Below, piece by piece: positions 25,049-38,500 of a stretch of 64,000 nt of DNA. Under the pieces are notes generated by a model. It worked only from the letters and a program-made list of their open reading frames with translations. It did not search any database and was not told where the DNA came from. Within the stretch, counting starts at the first letter, position 1. Every line of letters starts with the position of its first letter. Both the position numbers and the translations under genes were made by a program. Source of the DNA: Balanoglossus misakiensis (Eukaryota; Animalia; Hemichordata); contig CM082591.2 in NCBI GenBank assembly GCA_040954595.2, positions 7,616,047-7,680,046 on the forward strand. The letters are read 5' to 3'.

Positions 25049-25537
25049 ATTATGCATGGGGTGGAAGGGGTCAGGTCGGGTTCACCAACGCGCGCGTACG
25101 TTGGCTTCTCCTAATTTACATATCAATCAATGAACTTTAATCGCGTAACCCAGCCAGCGCGTTGACGGCCGATTATATCTTCGATAAAATAAGAAAAAAC
25201 GGCATATAAAGACACAAAACTTTGTTTTTTTTCTTGAAATCTTTCTTTCTAAATAACTTTTACAATAGAATATTGATTCTGCAGTATGTTTTACTGATTT
25301 ATTTGTGTATATTCACCGGCCCAATTGGGCCGACAAGATGTGAAAATAACCGGCCCACTATAAATATTTACCGGCCCGGGGCCGGTGGGCCGGCGTTAAG
25401 TTCGAGGCCTGACCGTTTACCCACGCGTGCTGTTTACAAGACTGTCGTCGGCCACGGCCTGCGAAACTTTCATACCGTCGCCATTTTGTGCAATGAATTC
25501 TGGGTACCGAGCAAGAGTTCAAATAATAAAGCAGGTC

Positions 25538-26580
25538 AGATAATGTCGAGCGAACCAAATAATGGTCGAGGTAATGTCGAGCGAACCAAATAATGGCCGA
25601 GGTAATGGTCGAGGTAATGTCGAGCGAACCAAATAATGGTCGAGGTAATGTCGAGCGAACCAAATAATGGCCGAGGTAATGGTCGAGGTAATGTCGAGCG
25701 AACCAAATAATGACCGAGGTAATGTCGAGCGAACCAAATAATGACCGAGGTAATGTCGAGCGAACCAAATAATGGCCGAGGTAATGGTCGAGGTAATGTC
25801 GAGCGAACCAAATAATGACCGAGGTAATGTCGAGCGAACCAAATAATGACCGAGGTAATGTCGAGCGAACCAAATAATGGCCGAGGTAATGGTCGAGGTA
25901 ATGTCGAGCGAACCAAATAATGACCGAGGTAATGTCGAGCGAACCAAATAATGGCCGAGGTAATGGTCGAGGTAATGTCGAGCGAACCAAATAATGACCG
26001 AGGTAATGTCGAGCGAACCAAATAATGACCGAGGTAATGTCGAGCGAACCAAATAATGGCCGAGGTAATGGTCGAGGTAATGTCGAGCGAACCAAATAAT
26101 GGTCGAGGTAATGTCGAGCGAACCAAATAATGGCCGAGGTAATGGTCGAGGTAATGTCGAGCGAACCAAATAATGACCGAGGTAATGTCGAGCGAACCAA
26201 ATAATGACCGAGGTAATGTCGAGCGAACCAAATAATGGCCGAGGTAATGGTCGAGGTAATGTCGAGCGAACCAAATAATGACCGAGGTAATGGTCGAGGT
26301 AATGTCGAGCGAACCAAATAATGGCCGAGGTAATGGTCGAGGTAATGTCGAGCGAACCAAATAATGACCGAGGTAATGTCGAGCGAACCAAATAATGACC
26401 GAGGTAATGTCGAGCGAACCAAATAATGGCCGAGGTAATGGTCGAGGTAATGTCGAGCGAACCAAATAATGACCGAGGTAATGTTGAGGTAATGTCGAGC
26501 GAACCAAATAATGACCGAGGTAATGTCGAGGTAATGTCGAGCGAACCAAATAATGGCCAAGGTAATGGCCAAATAATGAC
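25538..26580 (-). repeat. Same minisatellite, inverted and longer, in the right TIR
   Basis: Reverse complement of the left array, about 1.04 kb versus about 0.6 kb. Confidence 0.95.
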
Positions 26581-26660
26581 ATAATAACATAATAATGATG
26601 AGAAAACTACCAAATAAAGACATAAGCTATTTTTGGCGGTGTTCTCACCCCATACACTGC

Positions 26661-26820
26661 TTCATATTACATGCAAATGTCTAAAGTCATGCTCCCATTC
26701 TCTCCCGCGGTACGACTACAACAAGAGGCAGTGGCAGATGTACACGGTGTATATAAAACATGTAACGAACTAAAGGGGGCCTCAGTGGCTTTCCCCTCGA
26801 CGGAGAATAAGTTTCAATAG
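26661..26820 (+). pseudogene. Tyrosine recombinase 3' part carrying the predicted catalytic Tyr
   Basis: Removing 15922-26660 restores HVGWSQESTASYYMQMSKV...NKFQ*. Confidence 0.88.
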
Positions 26821-29800
26821 GCACCAAGTTTTAGGACCAATAAGTTGACGGATATCAGACAAAAGGAGATGTTTTGAAAGCGTTATAATTGCGTACATAA
26901 GTGAATAAACACAGAAGCCATCCCAATATAAAGAATCCTGACAATATGTTCATATTAAGATGGTGTCCATCGGTATGGTAAATGTAGTGGCCAGGAAAAG
27001 GAAAAGTGTGTATGTATATGTGTGGGGTGCGTGGGAGGAAATGGGTCGATGATGAGGATTGGAGAGAAGTGTGTCCTTGGATATGGAGATATTAAGAAAA
27101 TATCGTAGAGGCACGAGACACTCGACCATTCCACTACTCCTTAATCAATCAAGACACCACTACACAGTGTAGATACGGAGCTATCTATACTGAGTAGTGA
27201 TTGGCTAACCAAAATGAATATGCATGAGATGGTATATATAAGGGGGCTACCCAGGGTACCATGTGTGCCTTATCACAGCGTTGTAAGACAGATAGCGCCC
27301 TCCCACCCACCCGAGGTTACGCATCGAAGATTATGGTATACCATTCAGCAAGTTGTGATGACGAGCGAGGAAAACACACGCCGTCACCGTGGTCAACATC
27401 CGACTCAACACAAGACACTCGACCATTCCACTCCTTAATCAATCAAGACACCACTACGCAGTGTAGATAGGGAGCTGCGTACTCTACCGGTATACTACGT
27501 GATATGACATGATTGTAAAGCAGCTCCCTAAAGGTCAAATGAGGTCACAGTCAGTGTAAAGCCAGGCCACAACATGAAGGATTAAATATTAACCATAGTC
27601 TGCATGTTGCATCATGTCCTACTCTGATTGGCAGAATAGTTGGCGCTTAATCGGAAGTGGCCTGACCAGAGGTTCCGTTAGATTTTTTTCTATGCGTACT
27701 TCAATATGCATTCATAATTTACTTTGCGTAAAATGTATCAAAATTGCATAGGAAGTTGAAAGCCTGTAACAGAACACCACCGTACAGTGTTGCAAAGTTT
27801 AATCTGTAATGTTGCCTGAGTGAAAATTGCAACATTTCTGTGCGTAAATGTAAAGTTACCTGCGCGTCCAGTTATTTTTAGCTTGTAAACCTTGCCTATA
27901 CAATTTCCTTATCTCTAGTGGCTAGAGTCAATACGTACTGGTGTACGCGTCCATCCTTGTCTTTGCGTAATTATGGTCAGAAAGGCGTAAAATATGCAGG
28001 ATTTTGCGTTAACGGAACCACTGGCCTGACTATAAATAATAATTCTCATACAGTGGTCGACAGAATTACAAAATGAGGGATTATTCTGCCAGGGATGTTG
28101 AACAAATGGAAGTTCATATATGAAAGTTCTAATGCCTTCAACAGTGTACATACATTAAAACAGAAGTTTGGAGTGTATGAAGCAAAGGAAATTAATTGTT
28201 CAGATATTCAAATCAAGAAATGTCTGAACTATAGAGTGCGTTGAATTTTAGGGTTTGACTAATCGGACCTGCACTTTTGAAATGATCAACTTCAATACAA
28301 GAACATACCTGTTGACAGCTGTAACAGAGCAGCTGAACCTCCCACAGGACACGGCTTGTTTCCAGGTAGATTAATAAATGCACAGATCCACAAATTTTGG
28401 AGGAAGTTGATTCTCATCAGGCAAAATCAGCAGAAAATCCTGGAGTTCAGTTATGGGCGTACAGGAGTGCTGCGTGCGGGTTGTCATGTGATATCTGTGT
28501 TGTACCCTGGTACATATTGACAGAGTCAGGACACAGTCAAAGTTCATTCGCTATCACCAACGTTCAGTTTGTGATACTTCCAAAAAAGGAGACTACTTAA
28601 TGTCAAAGCAGGGTTTTTTTAGTTTGTTGCCATGGCTTTCAAGTTTCAGACGAGCTGTGACTGCATGTGGAACAGTGATCTAAGTACAACCAGCTAGAAC
28701 TGCCCAGTGACATGGAAAGATTTGATTCTCAACACCACTGTAGCCTATATTAGTGGAGCGGCCAAACCCTTATTTTCATAGCGATTGTGCATTTTGTGAT
28801 AAAAGCACCAAACTTGGCTCAGATGTGTGTTAATGTGTACTAAACAAATTCAGATAGCGAGCCACTAAATATCTGTTGATGAGTTTCCGTGGCAACCAAT
28901 TTTTCAAAATGGCCACCAATGCAGATAATTTCACCCACCAAATAACAACTGTAAACACCAAAATAAATTTAGATTACTATATTTGATACAAGGAACTGTG
29001 GAAAGAATGATTTGCAAAGATATTATGGCTACTAAACTACTTATAGAGGTAGGTAAGTTATCAAAACACAATTTAAAGGCGCAACTTTTAATCCCTTTGT
29101 TCTCGGATTAATAGGTGTCTATGGTCAAACATTAGGCTAATTGCGATATTTTTAATAATCTGTCACTGTATGTGTATGTCATGATAATACAGAGAATATA
29201 CAAGTATACTATCAAAGTTTTGAAGTTGTTTACAAAATTCTGAAAAAAAGGAGACGTCATTAATGTATGAGATCAGGTAATATTATACAATATCCAACCT
29301 ATTTTTTATGCATGAAACCCACCAAATAGTGGTTTCTTACTGGCAATCAGAGAATGTTATGTCTGTCAATCTAACACACATTACATTCATCTCCAAGGCC
29401 ATCACCAACATCTGATGTAACAGAGGCTCTGATTGGATGGTGATCTCATATTCTGGTTATCAGTCATTAAAATAGCCAATCATAATTTATGATGCTGATT
29501 TGCCTCTACCAGTGTCTATTATCAGAGTGTGGTGCATAATTATCAAACTGTGTCTTTGGTCAGTCAACTGCATGCTCAAGATGATTGCCATCATCTTGTA
29601 CATACCGGTAAATAAGACAAAACAATTTTCAAGTTTTAACTCCTGCAATCACAGTGGATCAGCAAAACTTCCTTCAAATGATCTCTGTTGCTATTTTCGC
29701 TGCTGACATCAAAATCAGTGGTCTCAAAATCCCATTTGGACCTTATTTCAACAACTTCCTTGACCTCACCCTTTAAAAAAATGACTGTTTCCATGACAAC

Positions 29801-30464
29801 CTGATATTGGAATGAATCAAGCAAAATGCCAAAGAAGATATCTTGCCATGTTGACAAAATACTGTAGTCTGTAGTGTACTGTTTATGTGTATTCAAAAGA
29901 GTTTTATGTAACTATAGTGATGTAGGTGTTATGTGTTTGTCAGGGTATTTCTGGTGTATACATGTAAACATGATTGAGAGAAAAAATGACCAGATTTTAA
30001 ATAATTGCGATCACATGCATGTTGAGACATTACCAATATAGACAAAACAGCTGCACACCGTGTAACTTTATAGAACACAAGTTGTATTAATAACGTCACA
30101 TGATGATCGTGTTATTAAATATTGCATGATGAAAAATGATGCTGTTTACCTCAGTATTTTTGTGTCTGGCTACAACATCCCATGATGCACTGCTGCATGC
30201 ATATACATTGTACATAGAACTGTACATATATTCACATACACTTGTTATTACTAGGCATACAGACTACATCAGGACCTATGACATTTATCAGCAGGGCACT
30301 GTACATAATCTTAAATAACAAGCAAGTGTAAAAGGCAGTTACAATTTCAAGTGATATTTCCTTTATGGATGGTAGACAACATGTCTCTAATGAAAACAGC
30401 TTAAGTTTAAATTTAAATTTATTTAGACACAAAAAGTCATTTACTTGCACTACAATGATTTGGT

Positions 30465-30895
30465 GTTATCTGAAAATCTTGCAGTACCATTTCATCAAGT
30501 TTACCTTTGTGAAAACTTGATCTTGATTGCAAATTCAAGAACATAACGAGAACAGGATATTTACAATATCAAATAGAGAGCAATACATACTAAAATATAT
30601 GCCTCAAATGAATATATTTCTCAAGGTCCATATGTACATTTTTACGCTGACAAAAACCTGCTATGTTCAACAATGCGAAAAAGGCAACGAGAATATTTAT
30701 ACTACAGTTCCCATTTCATCAAGTTTACATATTAAAGTTTGTGAAAAGTTTATCTTGCTAGCAAATTCAAGAACATACCACAATATTTACAATATCAAAT
30801 AGAGAACATGATTATTTACAATAACGCCTAAAATATGTCTGAAATGAATATATTTCTCCAAGTTCATACATACATTTTACGCTGACGAAAACACA
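30465..30895. repeat. Diverged ~225-bp tandem duplication downstream of the copy B stop codon
   Basis: ccatttcatcaagtttac...gcaaattcaagaacata...tttacgctgac occurs twice. Confidence 0.8.
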
Positions 30896-31164
30896 CTTTA
30901 CCGTATGTCAATGTTCGTGAAGCACAATCGATTCCTATTCCTGATAGCAGAAATAGTCATAGCGCCCTCTGCCGTTTAAGTCCAGCTCCCCCCTCGTTCA
31001 TTGAACTGTGCGCCCTCAACACAGTTCAAAACAAATGGCAGTAAAACTAAAAGATTACCGGTCGCGCATCCTTTCTTCATATATATTTGAAATAACAATT
31101 ATTTTGGACTATCGAATGGAAATATTTACAGATCACAATACAATATATATCTCTGGCGATTTAC

Positions 31165-31673
31165 AGGTAAGTTTTTAGAATTATTTTGCACACATAAATT
31201 GATGAAACGCCTTCATCCTTTCGGATGCAATGGAGATCTGATGGGAAGTGGACTGTGTACATCATAACTTTCAGACCCCTCCATGCCAAAATTCATGAAA
31301 AAAAAACGAGTAAAAATATTCCAAAACGACTCAGATTTGGATTGTTTATACTTGTAACATGAAGCGACTGTAGACTGAAATATTATATTTCCAAAATGGT
31401 CTTTGTAAATGTGGAAAAAAGAACCCAATTTTTGATTGTTTACATGCCAAGTTGACAAAATGCATTCAGTTTCAAACAGTCTTGTCTCAAAATCCCTCAA
31501 AATAAACTGCAAAAATTACTCAAAACACCCTCAGTTTATTTTGCCTACACTCAGTACATGTAGCGACTGCACCTACAATTAATTTCTGTTCTGAATTTTA
31601 CTTCAAAATGTGGAAAATAACTCCAAAAATTGTGAAAGTGACATTGGTTCAGTTTGAACTTTGTTGCCATGGC
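31165..31673. repeat. Unclassified dispersed repeat, second copy at about 49658-50127
   Basis: Colinear similarity from agaattatttt..cacataaattgat to tttgttgccatggc. Confidence 0.8.
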
Positions 31674-31769
31674 ATGCGATCAATCGTAAATTTATCGCCG
31701 CAGCCTCTAATTTTTTTCCCGAATTTCACTGTTTTTGATGTCGTGTTGACATGTATTTCATGGTGGTGT

Positions 31770-32587
31770 TTATGTCTGCTTGTAGAATACTTTGATTTGG
31801 TGGCTGTTCAACTCTCCAACAGCAATTCTGTCACCGCTGACTGCAAGGAACCAAGGGCTACTCACCTCCCCTTCAAATAAGTGACAGATCCACTCTCCAT
31901 CAAATCTCCATTTCACAATCCTATGATTCAACAAATCACACACAAACAAATTATCGTCGTCATCGACGTCAATGCTGCGTGGCCACAACAGCTGACCAGG
32001 ACCTGAACCATACACACCAAATTGATACAAGAATTTCAATTCAGCATCAAAACACTTGATGCAATGATTGTCACCGTCAGACACCATGATGACATTCTTA
32101 CTGTTGACCACCACAAAGAATGGCCTATTGAATTGTGTTTGGCCAACACCTTGACCACCAACCTCTGCAACATACTGACCATCTTGGGTGTACTTGAGTA
32201 GCCGATGACCTTCGACCTCAGTGACCAAAACAAATCCATTCAGTAGAGCGATGCCCCTGACATCGACGCCTGCAGGTAGAATAATTATTCTAAGAATTTT
32301 ATTGTTTTGATCACAAACAACAATTTGAGAGTTTCCACCATCACTTATGAAGTAGATGTTGTCATGGGAGACAGCTACATCCCGTGGCTGGAATGGCTTT
32401 GCAAACTGACCATCAAAACTTCCCAAGACTTTGTCACAGGTGTAATCTTGATTCAGTATCTGTACAACCCTGTTGCCTCGGCCACACACCACCAGTTTGT
32501 CACCATGGAACACCATACCTCTTGGGTTTTTAAACTTTCGCCCTGGCTTTGGACTTTGGCCATCCAGTGTCCTCAATGACCAGTGAC
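31770..32587 (-). CDS. Terminal exon encoding a six-bladed NHL-repeat beta-propeller (TRIM2/3/71-type NHL)
   Basis: Repeats FKNPRGM, FQPRDVAV, DVRGIAL, FNRPFFVVV, LLWPRSIDV and VSSPWFLAV, with D-x-x-N-H-x-I motifs and G-x-G-x-G-Q turns. Confidence 0.9.
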
Positions 32588-35500
32588 CTATTAGGTGAAA
32601 CAGAGGTCAAAGGTCAAACATGTTATACCCTATTGAAATGCATTAAGAATATGCTAGAGTTAGTGTTTTATTGTTCATTTTAACAAGAGAAAACATATTA
32701 CAAAAGAAACGAATCATTGCTATGACAACTGAACTACTAAGGGGTAGTTTTTCTACACAATGTTTACAGTGACAAATAACCATGGCAACTAGAGTAACCA
32801 TGAGTTTCTTGAACTATTTCTTTTTCTCTGCAATATAGGTAGGAGGAAATTTTCTTTGTCTCTTTTTTGACAGCTTTATTATAATATACATAAAAGACTA
32901 TCTTATTTAACCATTCAATAGATATACTATTGATGATGTTGCCATGGTAACACATTCAAAGAAATCAGTTCAAAAATAATCTTTTACTTGTAACTTTTGA
33001 CTCGGTAGACATTTCATAACAATTCTTGAACTGAGTTTCAGGGATAATTCTTTGGTCCATTATTTTTAGGAAAAAATGTATGATTGTAGCATTAGTCACT
33101 GGTAACCATGACAACTGAACCTCAATGTATTTTGTAAAACATTGGCAATGTGCTAAAGTTAGTGTTTTAATTTAACTTTAATTAAACCTTTTTTTTTTAA
33201 ATTTAGTGAGTTATTGCCATGATAGATTTCTATACTCTATATGTACACATTTTCCAATACCAAGTAACCATGGAAACTGGACAAAATGTTAATATCAGTT
33301 AATAATTCTATTTTTGAAAAACAAGTAGCAGAAATATTACCTGAAATTATCACTTTATTTATGGTCTTTGTAACCCATAAAAAATGTTCCTATTCAACTG
33401 CTCAATGGATTTAGTGACAGTATTGTTGTCATGGTAACACATCTTAACAGATCAGTACAGGAATAATCTTTGCCTTGTAATTTTGGAATTAGTAGGTTTT
33501 ACATAAAATTCTTGAACAATGTCCCAAGGATCATTGCCTACCTTATACTTGTAGCTTTTCAAACCAGGGCAACAAGACAAACATCAATTTCTGAAACTAT
33601 TTCTATTGCTTTGCAATATAAAGAAAAAAGCTATCTGTCATTTTATTGACAGACTATGATAATACAAAGTATTTCTAACTTTATGTACTATCTGTAATGT
33701 TGTTGTGCCAAAGATTTTGTTTCTTTTTCCAGCCAACCAGAGATGGTCTGCTTTTCAATCAGTAATTGTCATATTGGTGAACAGAGAAGAATTATCTACT
33801 CCTTAGCTGAGAGGGCTGGTACTTTCTTTGACCAGGTGAGTATTTTTGTGAATAAACCCTTGAGAAAATTATTGGTGTAAACCTTTCTAACTTTAAAGAA
33901 TTTATTGGAAAGTAAAATGTATTGTTGGAAATTTAGTGATATATTTTTTTGCAAGAATATACCCTAACCACTTATGTAGTGACATCATTGCAGATGATCT
34001 GAGAGATGGAAAACCTGCAGTTACTTAGGATGAGTCATGATAAATAGTCTGTCTCAACACCACTGGCTGTTCCAGATTGTCACTTGGATAAAAAATTGGT
34101 AAGTTCCTAATTTGAATTACCTTTTTTGATTATTTATAATCATAACAAAATTAAGGTTTCTTGATATTGTGGAATATCTACATATGACAATTCCGAAGTC
34201 AAATGAAGAAATTGAATGATTGTAGCTAGTTTTTGAAATTGTAGAAATTGAGCATTTTCACCCTGGACCAGAGTTGTTTTATTTCTGGCCACTGTAACAA
34301 AGAGTGAACCTTTCACCCCTTTCTGTTGCATATGGATTCAGCCATACCAATCAAAACAGAGGGTTGAACCACTGTTCTATTTTATATTGCTTTATGCTGT
34401 CTGTGTCTGCCAATAATCAGCCTACTTGTACATTGGACATTTACACACAAATTGGCTCATAGCTTTTCTTTTTTCTATTCTGGCACACCTTGATGCTCCA
34501 TCAAATGCTCTTGCAGAATTGATCATAACAATCTCATCCACATGATATTGATATTGAGTCAATATCTGCATGCATTTTGATGTTTCTAATTTACAGAAAA
34601 AAGTATTCATCAATGACCAGACAGCCAATCTATTCTTGCAAAGAATACAAAGTTGAATTGAAAGATGACAAGGTTGGTATCTTCTGATGTTACTTTGTTT
34701 ATGTTTGATCAAGTGAAAAGTTTCTTATAATGATTTTGAACTCTCTGAATTGTTGGTGACCAGACCTCTATTCTCATCTTGCCTCATACTCGTAAAAATT
34801 TGCGTTGTGATGTCAAGGTTTCTGGTAAGTGCCATAAATGTTATGTCATCAAGTTTTCTTATATTATACATTTACACACAATGCAGTTTGGTAGTACCGG
34901 TAGAAGTCTGGCAAACAATGATTCAACATGTACTTGAAGTTTTGAATCAACTGATCCCTTATTATCAACACATGTATTCAACTTATTTTCCAACACTGAG
35001 AATGCACATACTTTTTTTAGAAGGTTTTGCTGAAACACTGGCTCCCTTTGTATCCTCAGATATCTCTTTACTTCCTGCAGTGGAGAGATGACTTAGACAT
35101 TAATTTTACTAGAAGTTTTGAATCAACTGATCCCTTGGTATCAACACATGTATTCAACTGTTATTTTCTAACACTGAGATGAAATGCACATACCTGTTTT
35201 AGAAGGTTTTGCTGAAACACTGGCTCTCTTTGTATCCTCAGATATCTCTTTACTTCCTGTAGTCCCTGAATCACCAGCAGTTTCTTTACTTCCACCAAAA
35301 AATCTCCTTGTCTTGCTGATGACACCTTTGGATGGCTTTTCTTCTGCAAAAGAAAGTGATCAAACAATGAAAATATAGTATAATAATAATAATTATTTAT
35401 TTATATAGCGTCAGTATCCACAAAATATGTGATCAATGACGCTAAAAGCAAAAATACAATACAACAAATGGCTAAAAAACAGATTTAAAAAGTAAAGTTT

Positions 35501-38500
35501 TAACATTTGATTTAAAAACAGATAAGTCTGGTGCCTGGCAAATGTTGAGTGGAAGATTATTCCAAAGAATTGGAGCAGCAACAGTAAAAGCACGATCACC
35601 ATAACTCTTGGTGCGTGATCGAACAGGGCAGAGTTTGAACTGATCAGCTGACCTTAAATTGCGACACGGAACATATAGTTTAGTCATGTTCGAAAGATAG
35701 ATTGGACCAAGTTTATGAATGGATTTAAAAATGAGAACTAACATCTTAAAAACAATACGCTGTGTAACAGGTGGCCAGTGCAACTGATACAAAATTGGAG
35801 TGAGTAATGTGACAGGTGATTTTTGAACGAGTAACAATTGTAGCAGCAATATTCTGAACACGTTGAATACGGTTGGTTGAATACTTCGGGAGCCCAAATA
35901 AAAGTGAATTCGAGAAGTAATGAATGCATGAACTAATTGCTCTGTAGCAGATTGAGATAAATATTTGCGAATAAGCGCAATGCGACGTAAATGAAAAGTG
36001 GCAGAGCGGCAGATCTGTCCAATATGTGGCTTCATTGTCAGACAAGAGTCAATGATCACTCCAAGGCTCTTAGCCTGACAATGGACGGGAATCAGAGCAT
36101 CGCCAACACGAATTTCTGAAATCCCTCTAACAGACAGATCACCCGAAGTACCAGAGAAAATAACAAATTCAGTCTTATCATCGTTTAAGCACAAGAAGTT
36201 TTCAGACATCCAAAACCTAACATCGGATATACAAAGTTCAAGATTCGAAACAGTTCTTGCTGCGTTGTCTTCACTAAAAGACATATAAAGTGAAGAGTCA
36301 TCTGCATAAAAACTATAAAGACAACCATGACTTTGAACTAATTCACCTAATGGAGACGTGTACATATTGAAAAGTATGGGACCAAGAACTGATCCCTGTG
36401 GTACCCCAGTGTCGAGTGGATAGAAAGGTGATTGGGTGGAATTTACAAGTACACACTGACTACGATAGTGCTGTCAATTAATCTGATTACGTTTGGCTGG
36501 TAATGGAATGATTTCTTATTTCTTATGGGATATCTCATTTTCCTATGTCAAGAATCTACCGGGTACTGCTTTCCGACATCAGATTGAATCATTTGGCCAA
36601 CATTGAATGTTTACTCATCTCATTGGATAGACTGTGACTGATTTTTCGCTATCAAGAATACTAGTATACTATACCATGCTTTCCAACATCAGATTGATGT
36701 AAATGTAGTTCCAACTTTCTAAGTTTGTTATTGACATGTTTTACTGGTGTACCTTTTTCCTTTGTCTTAAATTGTTTTGCTTTGGTTTTCTCAGTCTCAG
36801 TTCCATCTCTTTCCGTCATCTTGGCCAAAGCCTCAGTGTCGTCTTTTCCCATTGTCTCTGGTTGTGGATGTCTGGCTTTCTCTGCTCCTGTTTCTTCTGA
36901 TGCCATCTCAGGTAGCATTGATGTTGGTTTCACAGGCTCATCTTCATCTTTTGTAGCCATGGTTACAGGTGATATGTCTCCTGTGTCATCTTTCTTGAGG
37001 GGCACATCAGATGGTGTGAGTTTGCCTACAAATATTTGAAATTAAATGGTAAGTACTTGGTTATAATTCTTACAACAATGAAAACTTGCATTTTTTTATA
37101 ATCTATATGAGCTGGAAGATTTTTCTTGATGCAGGAATAATCGAAGCAGATTTATATCAATCTCACCTTGTTCAGTTTCCAATTTTGCATCTTCTTCCAG
37201 TTGAAGAGTTTTAGCAGTTTTCAGTTGCAGCTCAGTGTCAGATTGATCATCCTGGATTTTGGATAATTTTGACTTTAGCTCAGTTATGGTTTGTTCTTGT
37301 TGTTCAAGTTTAGATTCCAACTCTTGGACGTGTCTAGGGTCTAATTCTCTCAATCTTTGCTTCAGGGAAATGACATCCATAAGTTGTGTGGCGGCTACTT
37401 TCTCAACACTTGCAAGTTTCTGTTTGTACTGCTCTTCTAAGAAGGACTTTTCCTGAAGTGCTTCTTTCAACTGATTCTCTAGAATCATTTTCTCTGTCTG
37501 CAGTTTAGTGATTTCTCCAACTAGCTTTCTCTTATTCTCAACTGACTCGGTCTGAATTTTGGACTTCTCTGTCAGGGCCCCATCCAACTGTTTTTGCAGT
37601 TCTTTGAGATGCTTTGCACTAGCTTCAAAGGGTAGTAAGCTTTTTGCTTGTAAGCTGATAGATTCAGCTGGTATGGGATGAATTGGTCTGCCATGTAGTG
37701 TGATTTCATCTGCCAAATCTGAAATGAAAAAGAATAAAGCTATGAAGCTCAATTTTGTCATTTTTCTGTTTCGAACTATTTCTAAGACATGTCATGTGTG
37801 TGTCAACACACTCCCAGCCTAATTCTTTGTTATAAACATTGTTAGAGCCATTAGTTTGCTGGGAATTGCCTTGATACACAAAATCAGGTTTTAAGTCTTG
37901 GCACATTCGGCCCTTATCAGATCAAGCTGGTGATGCAGAAACAACAAATGGTGCACAGTGTAGAATATTATTTCTACTGGACAACCCATAACCAGATATG
38001 ACTACAACAAAAACATTCTTACGTCATCCCTGTGGTTAAAAAAAAAGTCAGGGCATTATATTAATCAAAATTGTGTCGATTTGGATACTTTCAACAAACT
38101 TTTTAAAGATTTCACTTGTCCCGATCTGGCATTTGTGACAGTCGGAAAGTTAACACAAACATCAATTAAAATTTCTGAATTTTTATGACACCTTAAGTGC
38201 AGCATGCAAATGTAATGTATCATTATTCCTTTCAAAATTGAGGCCAATGTGTTCCAACCAAAATATCTGCTGTTGTTTTGTTTGATTATTATTCATATCT
38301 GGATCAGAGAAGTTATAACCATGCAATGTGGACTAAAATCCCATAAATTACCAGTTCTTGACCAAATTAAATCACTAACTTTGTTTCATGGCAGCCTCTT
38401 CAATGTCAGAATCTTTTTCTGTTTCCTCCCCTGGTGAAGTCAGGCGTGTTCTCTCAATCTAAAATTGAAACAAATGAATATATCAAATCCAAATCTAGAT

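Larger units (their letters stand above)
15922..26654. mobile_element. Non-autonomous foldback DNA transposon, IS3EU-type: TAT...ATA ends, 6-bp TSD CACTGC, TIRs of about 1.2 and 1.6 kb
   Basis: TSD at 15916-15921 and 26655-26660. Left TIR 15922-~16918 plus ~24152-24328; right TIR ~25053-26654. No transposase ORF. Confidence 0.85.
10407..27476 (+). mobile_element. PAT-like (DIRS order) tyrosine-recombinase retrotransposon with split direct repeats A1...B1-A2...B2, interrupted by nested elements
   Basis: A1 10407-~10523 matches A2 27181-~27296. B1 ~27113-27182 matches B2 ~27410-27476. Gag, RT/RNaseH/MT and YR reading frames lie between. No TSD. Confidence 0.9.

Noticed and set aside
25538-26580. 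CRISPR-like appearance of regularly spaced short repeats
   Set aside because: There are no unique spacers and no cas genes, and the context is eukaryotic. The intervening sequences are themselves repeat modules.
15922-26654. Polinton/Maverick (long TIRs, 6-bp TSD)
   Set aside because: Termini are TAT/ATA rather than AG/CT, and there are no polB, integrase or capsid remnants.
29636-29896. Exon-like minus-strand ORF with a faint kinase-like TDFDVS
   Set aside because: Too short, no other kinase motifs, and an in-frame stop before the nearest donor.
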